In this document: in pieces, positions 1 through 7,908 of the stretch
Numbering within the stretch: the stretch's first letter is position 1
How the letters are laid out: every line of letters starts with the position of its first letter
Assembly: GCA_041500865.1 (NCBI GenBank)
Contig: JBGQMY010000010.1
Span: 1-34,787, forward strand
Direction of reading: 5' to 3'
DNA: 34,787 nucleotides
Source: Candidatus Micrarchaeia archaeon
GTDB lineage: Archaea > Micrarchaeota > Micrarchaeia > Anstonellales > J096
Program-made: the position numbers and the translations under genes
Notes under the pieces: generated by a model
Databases searched by the model: none
Told to the model about the DNA's origin: nothing
The model's input: only the letters and a program-made list of their open reading frames with translations

Positions 1-90
1 AATATCATTCTCTGAATATAAAAACGTTGTGATTGGCGCGAAGGCGCGCGCCGAAAAAAATTAGGCTTTGCTGCGGCAACGACGATGGGT

Positions 91-126
91 CAATTCATTC
101 CCGGATTGAAATCCGGGGATTTCTTG
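91..126. mobile_element. IS200/IS605-like terminal hairpin / MITE remnant
   Basis: CAATTC-ATTCCCGGATT-GA-AATCCGGGGAT-TTCTTG: 11-bp stem with one G-T pair, framed by CAATTCAT and TTCTTG as I recall for IS200/IS605-family end hairpins; no transposase in the window. Confidence 0.4.
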
Positions 127-183
127 TCCAGCACGATTAATTTTTTATTTTTTATCCTTCTTTTTTCATTTTCTTATACTGAA

Positions 184-792
184 TTAAACGGCAATGCACT
201 CGCCAAAGGATTTCATGAACGAAATCAATATTTCATTTCCAATCAAATCGCGCAATGGTAACATAGATCTAAGGAATTTTACTGTTTGCGATAGCCTTCT
301 GTTTGCGACCATCATCAGAGCCGTCCACTCTCTATTCTCCATGTTTATAGCTTTTTCTATGTCTCCGCCCGATTCGGCATACTTATATATAAGCAGAATG
401 CAGGTTTGGGTGTGCGCTCCTTCCACGGCCCGATGCAGAGCTGTATCTCCATATGCGTCCTTCGCGGTAATTAGATTCTGTACATTCTCTCCTGTTTTTG
501 CGTATTCCTCCATAAGCATTGTACAGGTTTGGGTGTTGCCTTTGCTTGAGGCATAGTGTAAGGGCGTCCAGCCATTATCATCCTTTGCGGTGATGTCAGC
601 GCCACGCTTGATGAGCCGCAATATCTTATCATTGTCGCCAAGCAGTGCTGCGGTTAGGAGCGCATTATCAAGCTCCTTGCGCTTCTTTTTTGACAATAGC
701 ATTCTTTTCGCTGACCATTTACCTGATTCAAGCAAGTGCATTGCCTTTTTCCTAAGGGGATGTGGCTTTTTTTCCTTATGTCGCTGCTCCAT
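184..792 (-). CDS. Ankyrin repeat protein with FxxxFxxC C-terminal tail (ank1)
   Basis: GWTPLHYASSKG and GDTALHRAVEGA repeats; ends FMKSFGECIAV; start placed at M17 of the track ORF, 24 nt after the TATA box. Confidence 0.9.
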   Translation of the reverse strand: MEQRHKEKKPHPLRKKAMHLLESGKWSAKRMLLSKKKRKELDNALLTAALLGDNDKILRLIKRGADITAKDDNGWTPLHYASSKGNTQTCTMLMEEYAKTGENVQNLITAKDAYGDTALHRAVEGAHTQTCILLIYKYAESGGDIEKAINMENREWTALMMVANRRLSQTVKFLRSMLPLRDLIGNEILISFMKSFGECIAV

Positions 793-799
793 GCTCCAA

Positions 800-822
800 T
801 TATGCGGCAAAGGGATTAAAAA
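800..822 (-). promoter_or_regulatory. Ank-family promoter, type A (TTTTTAATCCCTTTGCCGCATAA)
   Basis: Related motif at 6050-6072 and 22617-22638 at the same distance from an ATG. Confidence 0.6.
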
Positions 823-892
823 CAGCGCAGCAGCGCCCAAAAATAGTTCTCTTCCGCAGGGGCTTTAAACCATTTGATTCCATAGCCAGCCA

Positions 893-1717
893 ATGGACAA
901 AACCTCGGAGTTAGCAGCGGCGCTGGAGCAGTGCATACGCGAAAGCACCGAAGGCAAGGACGTCGCGGTCGCCTTCTCAGGGGGCATAGACAGCACGCTG
1001 ATAGCGCACATAGGGAAGAAATACGCAAAATCCATGAAGCTGATTACTGTCGGGACTGAAACAGGCGAGGACATTGCCTCTGCGCGGGAAATCGGCAAAG
1101 AACTCGGAATTGAGCCGGAGATACATATTCTGGACGGCAACGAGCTCATGTCATTGTTCGGCGAGACGTGCATGATGATGAACGCAGGATACCTTAAAAC
1201 AGAGATACTTGCGCCTATTCTGAAACTCTTGAAGCTGGCTGCAGCAGAAAAACGCACACTGCTACTTGGCTCGGCCGCTGAAGAGCTGTTTGCCGGATAC
1301 AGGAGGCACTATGAATGGGTAGGCAAAGATTGGGAGGAGATAAGGAAAAACTTGAACGACGAATACAGAAAACTGGGCAATGGGGGAGACATCAGTGCAA
1401 TAAGGGCAATGGCGGAAAAGGCAGGATGCGAGGTCTGCTTTCCGCTTTACGACGAACGGATTGAGAGGATTGCGCATTTCAATATGGACATTAAAGAGCA
1501 TTTCAGCAATGATGGATTAAAGAAGCCGATGCTAAGGAAGGCCGCGTCTTTGCTTGGCGTGCCAATAGCCGCAATAGAAAGGAAGAAAAAGGCATTGCAG
1601 TATGGTTCAGGCGTTGACAGGTTTTATTCAAAAAACAGGAAAGAGCTGGGAAAGATGTTTCCTGATTGCATGGAGCGAAGCGGAACATCAAAGGCGCTGG
1701 CAAAGAGGCCCAAATAG
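893..1717 (+). CDS. Asparagine synthase-related protein (ATP pyrophosphatase domain only)
   Basis: PP-loop AFSGGIDS, EELFAGY, KKKALQYGSG; no glutamine amidotransferase domain. Confidence 0.8.
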   Translation: MDKTSELAAALEQCIRESTEGKDVAVAFSGGIDSTLIAHIGKKYAKSMKLITVGTETGEDIASAREIGKELGIEPEIHILDGNELMSLFGETCMMMNAGYLKTEILAPILKLLKLAAAEKRTLLLGSAAEELFAGYRRHYEWVGKDWEEIRKNLNDEYRKLGNGGDISAIRAMAEKAGCEVCFPLYDERIERIAHFNMDIKEHFSNDGLKKPMLRKAASLLGVPIAAIERKKKALQYGSGVDRFYSKNRKELGKMFPDCMERSGTSKALAKRPK

Positions 1718-1748
1718 TGATTTAAACCCTTTCTTGCGAAAACGGACT

Positions 1749-2090
1749 ATGCCGAAAGATTTGCTTCCGCCGTATATGGCGGAGAATTATGACGTTATAT
1801 CTAGACGTTACACCAAGCAGTCAAGGGCCAAAAAGCTGGAAAACCTCGGCAGATGGCTGATTGACGCAGCAAAGAACGGGAATTTGGGAAGGGCGAAAAG
1901 GCTGATTAGGGCAGGCGCAGACCCGTCATTCGGGGACAGGGCCCCGATATTCAATGCACAGTTTTACCATCGCGACGGGCCCGTATCCAAGCTGCTGGCA
2001 GGGGTAGAAATCCTAATGGATAAAAAATCGGCATGGATAGGAAACAGGCGCCTGTTCAAATTGGCGTTTTTGGAATGCATAGGAAGCTGA
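1749..2090 (+). CDS. Minimal ankyrin-like protein with FxxxFxxC tail (ank2), 113 aa
   Basis: LIDAAKNGNLGRAKRLIRAGADP N-cap-like repeat; ends FKLAFLECIGS; TTTAAA about 25 nt upstream of ATG 1749. Confidence 0.75.
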   Translation: MPKDLLPPYMAENYDVISRRYTKQSRAKKLENLGRWLIDAAKNGNLGRAKRLIRAGADPSFGDRAPIFNAQFYHRDGPVSKLLAGVEILMDKKSAWIGNRRLFKLAFLECIGS

Positions 2091-2094
2091 AACC

Positions 2095-3237
2095 ATGAAG
2101 ATAGGCATAGTCGGCGATTTGCACATAGGCATGCGGATGCACAAGGGAAGGTTCAGGCAGGATGCGTGCATGCAGGCAAAGGAGGCCATGCACCTGGCGT
2201 CAAAGAACGCCGATGTCGTTATTCAGACCGGGGACGTGTTTGACACAGATTCGCCAAGCATGGAGGACATGGTGTGCGCTGCCGAGGCGTTCAGGGCAAG
2301 CAACGAGAACGGCAAGAAGCCGGTCCTCATACACGGAAACCATGAAAGGAGGATAAGGGGCATGGCAACGCCCCTCAACGTTTTCTCAAACGGCGGCATG
2401 GCGCACTATGCGCACGGCGAAACCCTGACGTTCGTTGAAAACGGCGAAAAGGTCAATATTATCTCAATAGGCCATATACCGGACAGCCAGGCAAGGAAAG
2501 CAATAGATGACGTATTGGAAAGGAACCTGGCAAACATAAAGGACGGGCTGAAGGTGCTGGTCCTGCACCAGAGCATAGAGGAATTCATGCCGTTCGGGGA
2601 CAACGCCTTGACATTGGCATACCTTGATTCGCTGAACGTGGACGTTGTAATAGACGGCCACATCCACAAGAGGTACGTTTCTGAAAGCGGAAAGGTTATC
2701 ATGCCTGGCTCAACCGTTGCCGCAAAGCTGGACGAAACTGAGCTTTCAGAGCCAAGGGCCATATTCATCTACGACACTGCAACAAAAAAGGCCGAGCCTA
2801 TCGAGCTAAAACAGAAAAAGGGCATTTACGCTGTTATTGATGTGGGCGGGCAGGCGCCGGGAAAGGCAGGCGAGACGATAGACGCCGCTTACAATAAAAT
2901 AAAGGAGGAAAACAGGGGCATTGGCATCATCGCGAAAATCAAGGCAAGGGGCGCGCTCAAGGAGGGCTTTGAGCGGAAGGACATAAGCGTAAGGGAATAT
3001 CCGGACGCAGTTGTGGACATTTCAGACGTTGTCGGCGAGGACATAAAGGAGAAAATCAGGCTCATAAAGGAGCTTGGAAAGTCAAAAAAGCCGCTCATTG
3101 AAAGGATAGAGGAGATGCTGGACAGCGAGCTGAAGGGAAAGATGAAAACAAGGCCTTCAAGCCTTTACAGGATGCTGAAGGAAAAGGAAGCGGATGAGGC
3201 GATGGAGTCACTTCTTTCCGGAAAGTGTGAGGACTAA
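2095..3237 (+). CDS. mre11: Mre11/SbcD-family DNA repair nuclease
   Basis: Phosphoesterase motifs GDLH, GDVFD, GNHE, LHQ, GHIH; 3' end overlaps lonB by 30 nt. Confidence 0.8.
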   Translation: MKIGIVGDLHIGMRMHKGRFRQDACMQAKEAMHLASKNADVVIQTGDVFDTDSPSMEDMVCAAEAFRASNENGKKPVLIHGNHERRIRGMATPLNVFSNGGMAHYAHGETLTFVENGEKVNIISIGHIPDSQARKAIDDVLERNLANIKDGLKVLVLHQSIEEFMPFGDNALTLAYLDSLNVDVVIDGHIHKRYVSESGKVIMPGSTVAAKLDETELSEPRAIFIYDTATKKAEPIELKQKKGIYAVIDVGGQAPGKAGETIDAAYNKIKEENRGIGIIAKIKARGALKEGFERKDISVREYPDAVVDISDVVGEDIKEKIRLIKELGKSKKPLIERIEEMLDSELKGKMKTRPSSLYRMLKEKEADEAMESLLSGKCED

Positions 3238-5214
3238 TTTGGCCGTTTCCTTGGAGGCCTTGAAGGCTTCCTTTATGACTTCCTCAATCCTCTTTACGCC
3301 GACTATGCTGATTTCATCCATTATCTCCTTGTCAAGGTAAACGTCCTTTAGGTTGGAGGCCGGGATTATGACCTTCCTTATGCCTGCGTCGTAAGCCGCC
3401 TTTATCTTTCCTGAAACGCCGCCTACTGGCAGAACGTTGCCCCTTACGTCCAATGAGCCTGTCATGGCAACCGCCTGGCTGACAGGCAGGTCCTGCAAAG
3501 CAGAGAACACTGCAACAGCAACGCTTATGCTGGCTGAGTCCCCCTCAACGCCCTCATAAGTTTGGAGGAACTGGATGTGAATGTCCTTCTTTGATATGTC
3601 GGTGCCTATGCTCTTTTTTATTATGGCAGAAACGTTCCTTACTGCCTCCCTGGCTATCTTTCCGAGCTTGCCCGTCGCTATTATCCTCCCTTCCACTTCG
3701 CTTGTCGCAGGCGCGACCTCCGCGACTATGGGAAGCATCATGCCCTTGTTGGAGTCGCCGAGCACGGCAAGGCCGTTCACCCTTCCGACGTCGAAGCCCT
3801 CTGTCTTTATGACCTCGTACTCCTTCTTCTTCTGGATTATCTGGTCTGCAAGCTGGACCTCGATGGTCAAAAACGTCTTTCTTGCCGCAAGCACGTGCTC
3901 CCTTTCAACCAGTCTGCTTCCCTTTTCCAGAGCGATGTCACCTGAGGCTCTCACAAGGCCGCCAAGTTCCCTGAGGTTCAGGCTCAGCTTGCCCTTCCTC
4001 CCTGCCGCCTTCCTGGCCTCGTCTATTATCTCAAGCGCGGCCTCCTTTGAAAAGTGCGGTATTTTTCCGTCCTTCTTGACTTCCTGGGCTATGAAGCGCG
4101 CAAGGTCCTCCTGGTCCTTTTCGTTGTCTTCCATGTCCGATTCCATGTAGACCTCGTAGCCGCTGCCCCTTATCCTGCTCCTGAATGCGGGGTGCAGCCC
4201 TCCCATGTCAATTATGTTGCCTGCCGCGACCAGGACGAAGTCGCATGGGGCTGCCTGCGTCTTCACCAGCGCCCCGGACGAAAGCTCGCTCTGGCCCGTG
4301 ATTGAATAGCGCTTCTCCTGCATCGCAGTGAGGATTTCCTGCTGCCAGTTGACTTTCATGCTGGCTATCTCGTCTATGAACAGCACGCCCCTGTTTGACT
4401 TGTGGATTGCCCCGGCCTCAACCCTGAGGTGCGCCGGCGTCCCCAATCCTCCGGACTGGAGCGGGTCGTGCTTCACGTCGCCCAGCAATGCGCCTGCCTT
4501 TGCCCCGGTCCCGTCCACGAACGGCGCGAGCTTCCTGCCCGTGTTGTCCACTATCAGCTTTGGGACCGAGTCCTTCAGCATCCCGCCTTTCGGCATGGCG
4601 GCGAAGAAGGAAAGCATGCTGTAGACTATTCCGGCCCCTATGAGCAGCGAAAGCAGGAACCACTTCATGTATTCCGGTATGTCAACAAAGAGCAGCGCGG
4701 CCCCTATCAAGATTATTATCAAGACCGTCGTGAGCGGGGTCAGGAAGGAATCCTGCTTCTGCTGGCCCAGCATGGGGGAAGAGTAGTCCATCTTCATTAC
4801 GATTCTCCTGCCGAGCCCGACTTTCAGCGCATCCACAAGCTTCTCGTAGCTGCCCTTTTCGGAAAGCGCCTTTATCTTCGTGATTTCCTCAGGCGAGTAG
4901 TGGCGCAGGTATTCCCTGTGCTCTTGCAGGTATTTGACGTCCGGATACGTCCTTACCGTCTTTATGAGGGGCTCGTTCTCCATTATGTTGTTCGGATAGG
5001 CCAAAACGTCTTCCAGCGTCTCCAGCGGCAGGAGCTCGGCCATGGCCTGCGCCAGCAGGCTCTTTCCCGTGCCTGGCGGTCCGATGAGCAGGATGTGCCT
5101 CTTCTGCCTTGCAGCCGTCTTGACGATGTCAACCGCCTTCTGCTGGCCTATTATCTGGTCTACGAGCTTGCCCGGAACGGATATCGTGCTTGTGTCCTTG
5201 AAGTCAAGAGGCAT
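3208..5214 (-). CDS. lonB: Archaeal membrane-anchored ATP-dependent protease LonB
   Basis: Walker A GPPGTGKS, two TM helices within the AAA+ module, Walker B LFIDE, EGDSAS catalytic Ser and GGVSGK Lys. Confidence 0.95.
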   Translation of the reverse strand: MPLDFKDTSTISVPGKLVDQIIGQQKAVDIVKTAARQKRHILLIGPPGTGKSLLAQAMAELLPLETLEDVLAYPNNIMENEPLIKTVRTYPDVKYLQEHREYLRHYSPEEITKIKALSEKGSYEKLVDALKVGLGRRIVMKMDYSSPMLGQQKQDSFLTPLTTVLIIILIGAALLFVDIPEYMKWFLLSLLIGAGIVYSMLSFFAAMPKGGMLKDSVPKLIVDNTGRKLAPFVDGTGAKAGALLGDVKHDPLQSGGLGTPAHLRVEAGAIHKSNRGVLFIDEIASMKVNWQQEILTAMQEKRYSITGQSELSSGALVKTQAAPCDFVLVAAGNIIDMGGLHPAFRSRIRGSGYEVYMESDMEDNEKDQEDLARFIAQEVKKDGKIPHFSKEAALEIIDEARKAAGRKGKLSLNLRELGGLVRASGDIALEKGSRLVEREHVLAARKTFLTIEVQLADQIIQKKKEYEVIKTEGFDVGRVNGLAVLGDSNKGMMLPIVAEVAPATSEVEGRIIATGKLGKIAREAVRNVSAIIKKSIGTDISKKDIHIQFLQTYEGVEGDSASISVAVAVFSALQDLPVSQAVAMTGSLDVRGNVLPVGGVSGKIKAAYDAGIRKVIIPASNLKDVYLDKEIMDEISIVGVKRIEEVIKEAFKASKETAKLVLTLSGKK

Positions 5215-5274
5215 TTATTGCACCATAAAACACTTGGATGTTCATAAAAAGGTATTAAAAAGGTATGCGGTGGG

Positions 5275-6042
5275 CTATGCCGATGAGACGCAGTCCCAGA
5301 AACCAGACAGGAAAGACCTGAATGTGTTGTTGCCCATGAATTCCTGAATGGCGTCCATTGACCTGAGGAACGCGACCGCTTTATTTTCGTTGCCATTTTC
5401 GGCTATTGAATAGGACGCGGTCCTGTCGTAGTTGTCCTTTGCCTCGATGCTTGCGTTGTGTTCAAGCAGTAAAGCGCATGTTTGGGTGCATCCGTTCCAT
5501 GCGGCATGCATGAGCGGGGTCCTGCCGTTGTTGTTCTTTGCCTCTATGTCTGCGCCTTTTTCAAGCAGGAAAGCGCATGTTTGGGTGCATCCGTTCGTTG
5601 CTGCCCACATGAGCGCAGTCCTGCCGTCATTGTCCTTTGCGTCGATGCTTGCGCCTTTTTCAAGCAGTAAAGCGCAGGTTGGGGTGCGTCCATACATTGC
5701 GGCATACATGAGCGCAGTACCGCCGTCATCGTCCTTTGCCTCGATGGTTGCGCCTTTTTCAAGCAGGAATTCGCAGGTTTGGGCGTGTCCGTTGGCTGCG
5801 GCATACATGAGCGCAGTCCAGCCGCCATTGTCCTTTGCCTCGATGCTTGCGCCTGCCTTGAGGCATTTCCTGATTTTCTCATCGTCTCCTTCCTTGGCGG
5901 CATCCAAGAGCATGCTGTCCAGTTCTTTGCGCTTCCTTGGAAGCATCAGCATCCTTTTTGCTGACGTTTTGCTTAACTCTAATAAACGCATTGTGCTTTT
6001 CCTGAAACGGCTTGGCTCCTTTTCCCTTTGGCGCTGGGCCAT
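5275..6042 (-). CDS. Ankyrin repeat protein with FxxxFxxC tail (ank3)
   Basis: Canonical 33-aa repeats GxTALMxAAxxGxxxTCxxLLEKGAxIxAKD; ends FLSGFWDCVSSA; start at M31 of the track ORF, after the promoter motif. Confidence 0.92.
   Translation of the reverse strand: MAQRQREKEPSRFRKSTMRLLELSKTSAKRMLMLPRKRKELDSMLLDAAKEGDDEKIRKCLKAGASIEAKDNGGWTALMYAAANGHAQTCEFLLEKGATIEAKDDDGGTALMYAAMYGRTPTCALLLEKGASIDAKDNDGRTALMWAATNGCTQTCAFLLEKGADIEAKNNNGRTPLMHAAWNGCTQTCALLLEHNASIEAKDNYDRTASYSIAENGNENKAVAFLRSMDAIQEFMGNNTFRSFLSGFWDCVSSA
5434..5855. repeat. 99-bp tandem DNA repeat (~4.3 units) encoding ankyrin repeats
   Basis: GT(C/T)CTTTGC... recurs at 5434, 5533, 5632, 5731 and 5830. Confidence 0.9.
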
Positions 6043-6073
6043 GGGCTTATTGTGCGGCGAAGGGAATAAAAAG

Positions 6074-6631
6074 TCATCCTGCAGTGCAGTCACTGAAGGA
6101 TGCCATGAACGCCTTGAAGCTGTCCCTGCCAATGGATGCCTGAATCATTTCCATTGACCTGAGGAACGCGACCGTTTCATCCTTGTTGTTTATTTCCGCC
6201 ATTGCGGACGCGGGCCTGCCTTCAACGTTCTTTGCACCAACATCCGCGCCGTTTTCCAAAAGCAGGATGCAGGTTTGCATGCTCCCCAGCGCGGCGGCAT
6301 ACATGAGCACAGTATTTCTGTTTTTTTCTTTTGCGTTCACGTCCGCGCCCTTTTCAATAAGGAGCTTGCAGGTGTCGGAATTCAGATTCATTATTGCAAA
6401 GTGCAGGGCGCTCCATTCAGCCGCGCCTTTTGCGTTTATGTTTGCGCCTGCGTTAAGAAAATGATTTATCAGTACGTTGTTGCCCATTTTTGCAGCCCCA
6501 AAAAACCTGTTGTTGAGCTGCGCCTGCTCCTCCTTGCTCAGAATCCTTTTCTCCAGTAGCGGGTTTTGGCATTCTAAGTACGGTTTCCTTGCGGCACCGT
6601 TATCCTTAGGCGCTAGGGCTTGCTTCTGCAT
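6074..6631 (-). CDS. Ankyrin repeat protein with FxxxFxxC tail (ank4)
   Basis: SALHFAIMN and TVLMYAAALG repeats; ends FMASFSDCTAG; start MQKQ after the promoter motif. Confidence 0.9.
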   Translation of the reverse strand: MQKQALAPKDNGAARKPYLECQNPLLEKRILSKEEQAQLNNRFFGAAKMGNNVLINHFLNAGANINAKGAAEWSALHFAIMNLNSDTCKLLIEKGADVNAKEKNRNTVLMYAAALGSMQTCILLLENGADVGAKNVEGRPASAMAEINNKDETVAFLRSMEMIQASIGRDSFKAFMASFSDCTAG

Positions 6632-6638
6632 GCCTATT

Positions 6639-6672
6639 TTGTGGGCAAATGTGGTTAAAAAGGCTATGTTTT
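6639..6672 (-). promoter_or_regulatory. Ank-family promoter, type B (34 bp identical to 7795-7828)
   Basis: AAAACATAGCCTTTTTAACCACATTTGCCCACAA on the minus strand, 7 nt before the ATG. Confidence 0.7.
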
Positions 6673-7787
6673 TAGGCGGCAAGGCATTCATTGAAGGATG
6701 CGATGAAGGCAGCTGCCGTTTTGTTTCCGACTCCAAACGCTGCCTCTATCAATTTGACTGAAAGGAACTGCGCGGTTTCGATATTCTTCTCACTTATGGC
6801 AGACTCCAGGGCTGTTTTGCACCATCTCTTGTCTTCTAGGGAGATTAGCCCCGTTACGTTTCCTCCGGCTTCTGCGTATTTTCTTATGAGCAGGGCGCAG
6901 GTTTCTGTATGTCCGTTTTGTGCGGCAATGCGCAGGGCTGTCATACCGTTACCGTTCTTTGCAGAGATGAGCGTCCTTACGTTTCCGCCGGCTTTTGCGT
7001 ATTCTCTTATTAGCATGGCGCAGATTTGGTTGTATCCGTATATTGCAGCATCCATGAGCGCGGTCTTGCCGTCCTTGTCCTTTGCGGCAATTAGCTCTTT
7101 TACGTCTCTGCCAGCTTCTGCATATCTTTGCATTATCAGGGCGCATATCCCAGTGCGTCCATTGACTGAGGCCCCGTGCAGGGCTGTCCAGTATTTCTCG
7201 TTATCTGAGAGGATTAGCTCTATCATGCTTCCGCCGGCCTTTGCATATGCGTCTAAAAGCAGTTTGTATGTTTTTGTGTTTCCGCGCTGTGCGGAAAAGA
7301 GCATCGTCCAGCCGCCACTCCTATTTCCGGAGATAAGGTCTCTTACGTCTCCGCCGGCTTCTGCATATCTCTGCATTATCAGGGCGCAGGTTTTGGTGTT
7401 CCCATTCCATGCAGCATAGTCCAGGACGCTCCAGCATGATAATGATATATCGTTAGGGTTCTTGAAAGTGATTACCTCTTTTATGTCCACGCCTGCTTGT
7501 GCATATGCGTCCAAAAGCAGGGCACAGATTCTGGTCTGTCCCTTGTTTGCGGCATTGTACAGAGCCGTCCTGCACCTCTTGTCCTCCGCGTCAACATTTG
7601 CGCCTGCCTCAATGAAGCGTTTTATCCTGGGGATGTCGCCCGTTTTCGCAGCCCTTAAGAATCTGCTGTTGAGCCACGCCTGCTTCCTTGTGCCGGAATA
7701 CCATTTTTCTATAAGCGGCTTTTGGCTTTCTAAGTACCAGTTCGTTGCGGCGCCCTTGTCCCTAGGCTTCGGAACCTGCTTTTGCAT
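6672..7787 (-). CDS. Ankyrin repeat protein with extended 41-aa repeats and FxxxFxxC tail (ank5)
   Basis: Repeats carry a YA(K/E)AGG(D/N)V..LI insertion; ~123-bp DNA period (6854, 6977, 7100); ends FIASFNECLAA. Confidence 0.92.
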   Translation of the reverse strand: MQKQVPKPRDKGAATNWYLESQKPLIEKWYSGTRKQAWLNSRFLRAAKTGDIPRIKRFIEAGANVDAEDKRCRTALYNAANKGQTRICALLLDAYAQAGVDIKEVITFKNPNDISLSCWSVLDYAAWNGNTKTCALIMQRYAEAGGDVRDLISGNRSGGWTMLFSAQRGNTKTYKLLLDAYAKAGGSMIELILSDNEKYWTALHGASVNGRTGICALIMQRYAEAGRDVKELIAAKDKDGKTALMDAAIYGYNQICAMLIREYAKAGGNVRTLISAKNGNGMTALRIAAQNGHTETCALLIRKYAEAGGNVTGLISLEDKRWCKTALESAISEKNIETAQFLSVKLIEAAFGVGNKTAAAFIASFNECLAA

Positions 7788-7794
7788 GGATATA

Positions 7795-7828
7795 TTGTGG
7801 GCAAATGTGGTTAAAAAGGCTATGTTTT
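7795..7828 (-). promoter_or_regulatory. Ank-family promoter, type B (second copy)
   Basis: Exact 34-bp match to 6639-6672. Confidence 0.7.
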
Positions 7829-7908
7829 CATGCCAAAACGGGAAATGGCCGTTACCGAGAGCGGAAAGTGGATGAAGGTTTAAAAGGCGTGTGCATCAAA
7901 AGTCTCCC

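Noticed and set aside
1602..1748. Upstream extensions of track ORFs (also at 840, 6132, 6736, 23459, 29784)
   Set aside because: They overlap neighbouring genes or promoter motifs; TATA spacing supports the downstream ATGs.
6632..6672. Integron-like attC sites between the tandem ankyrin genes
   Set aside because: The spacers are ~30-40 bp, non-palindromic and fully explained by promoter motifs.
5275..7787. Diversity-generating retroelement acting on the ankyrin genes
   Set aside because: No reverse transcriptase and no TR/VR pair with adenine-specific differences visible in the window.
5432..7875. Long plus-strand ORFs (5432-6157, 6691-7419, 7462-7875)
   Set aside because: Antisense shadows of the repetitive ankyrin genes.
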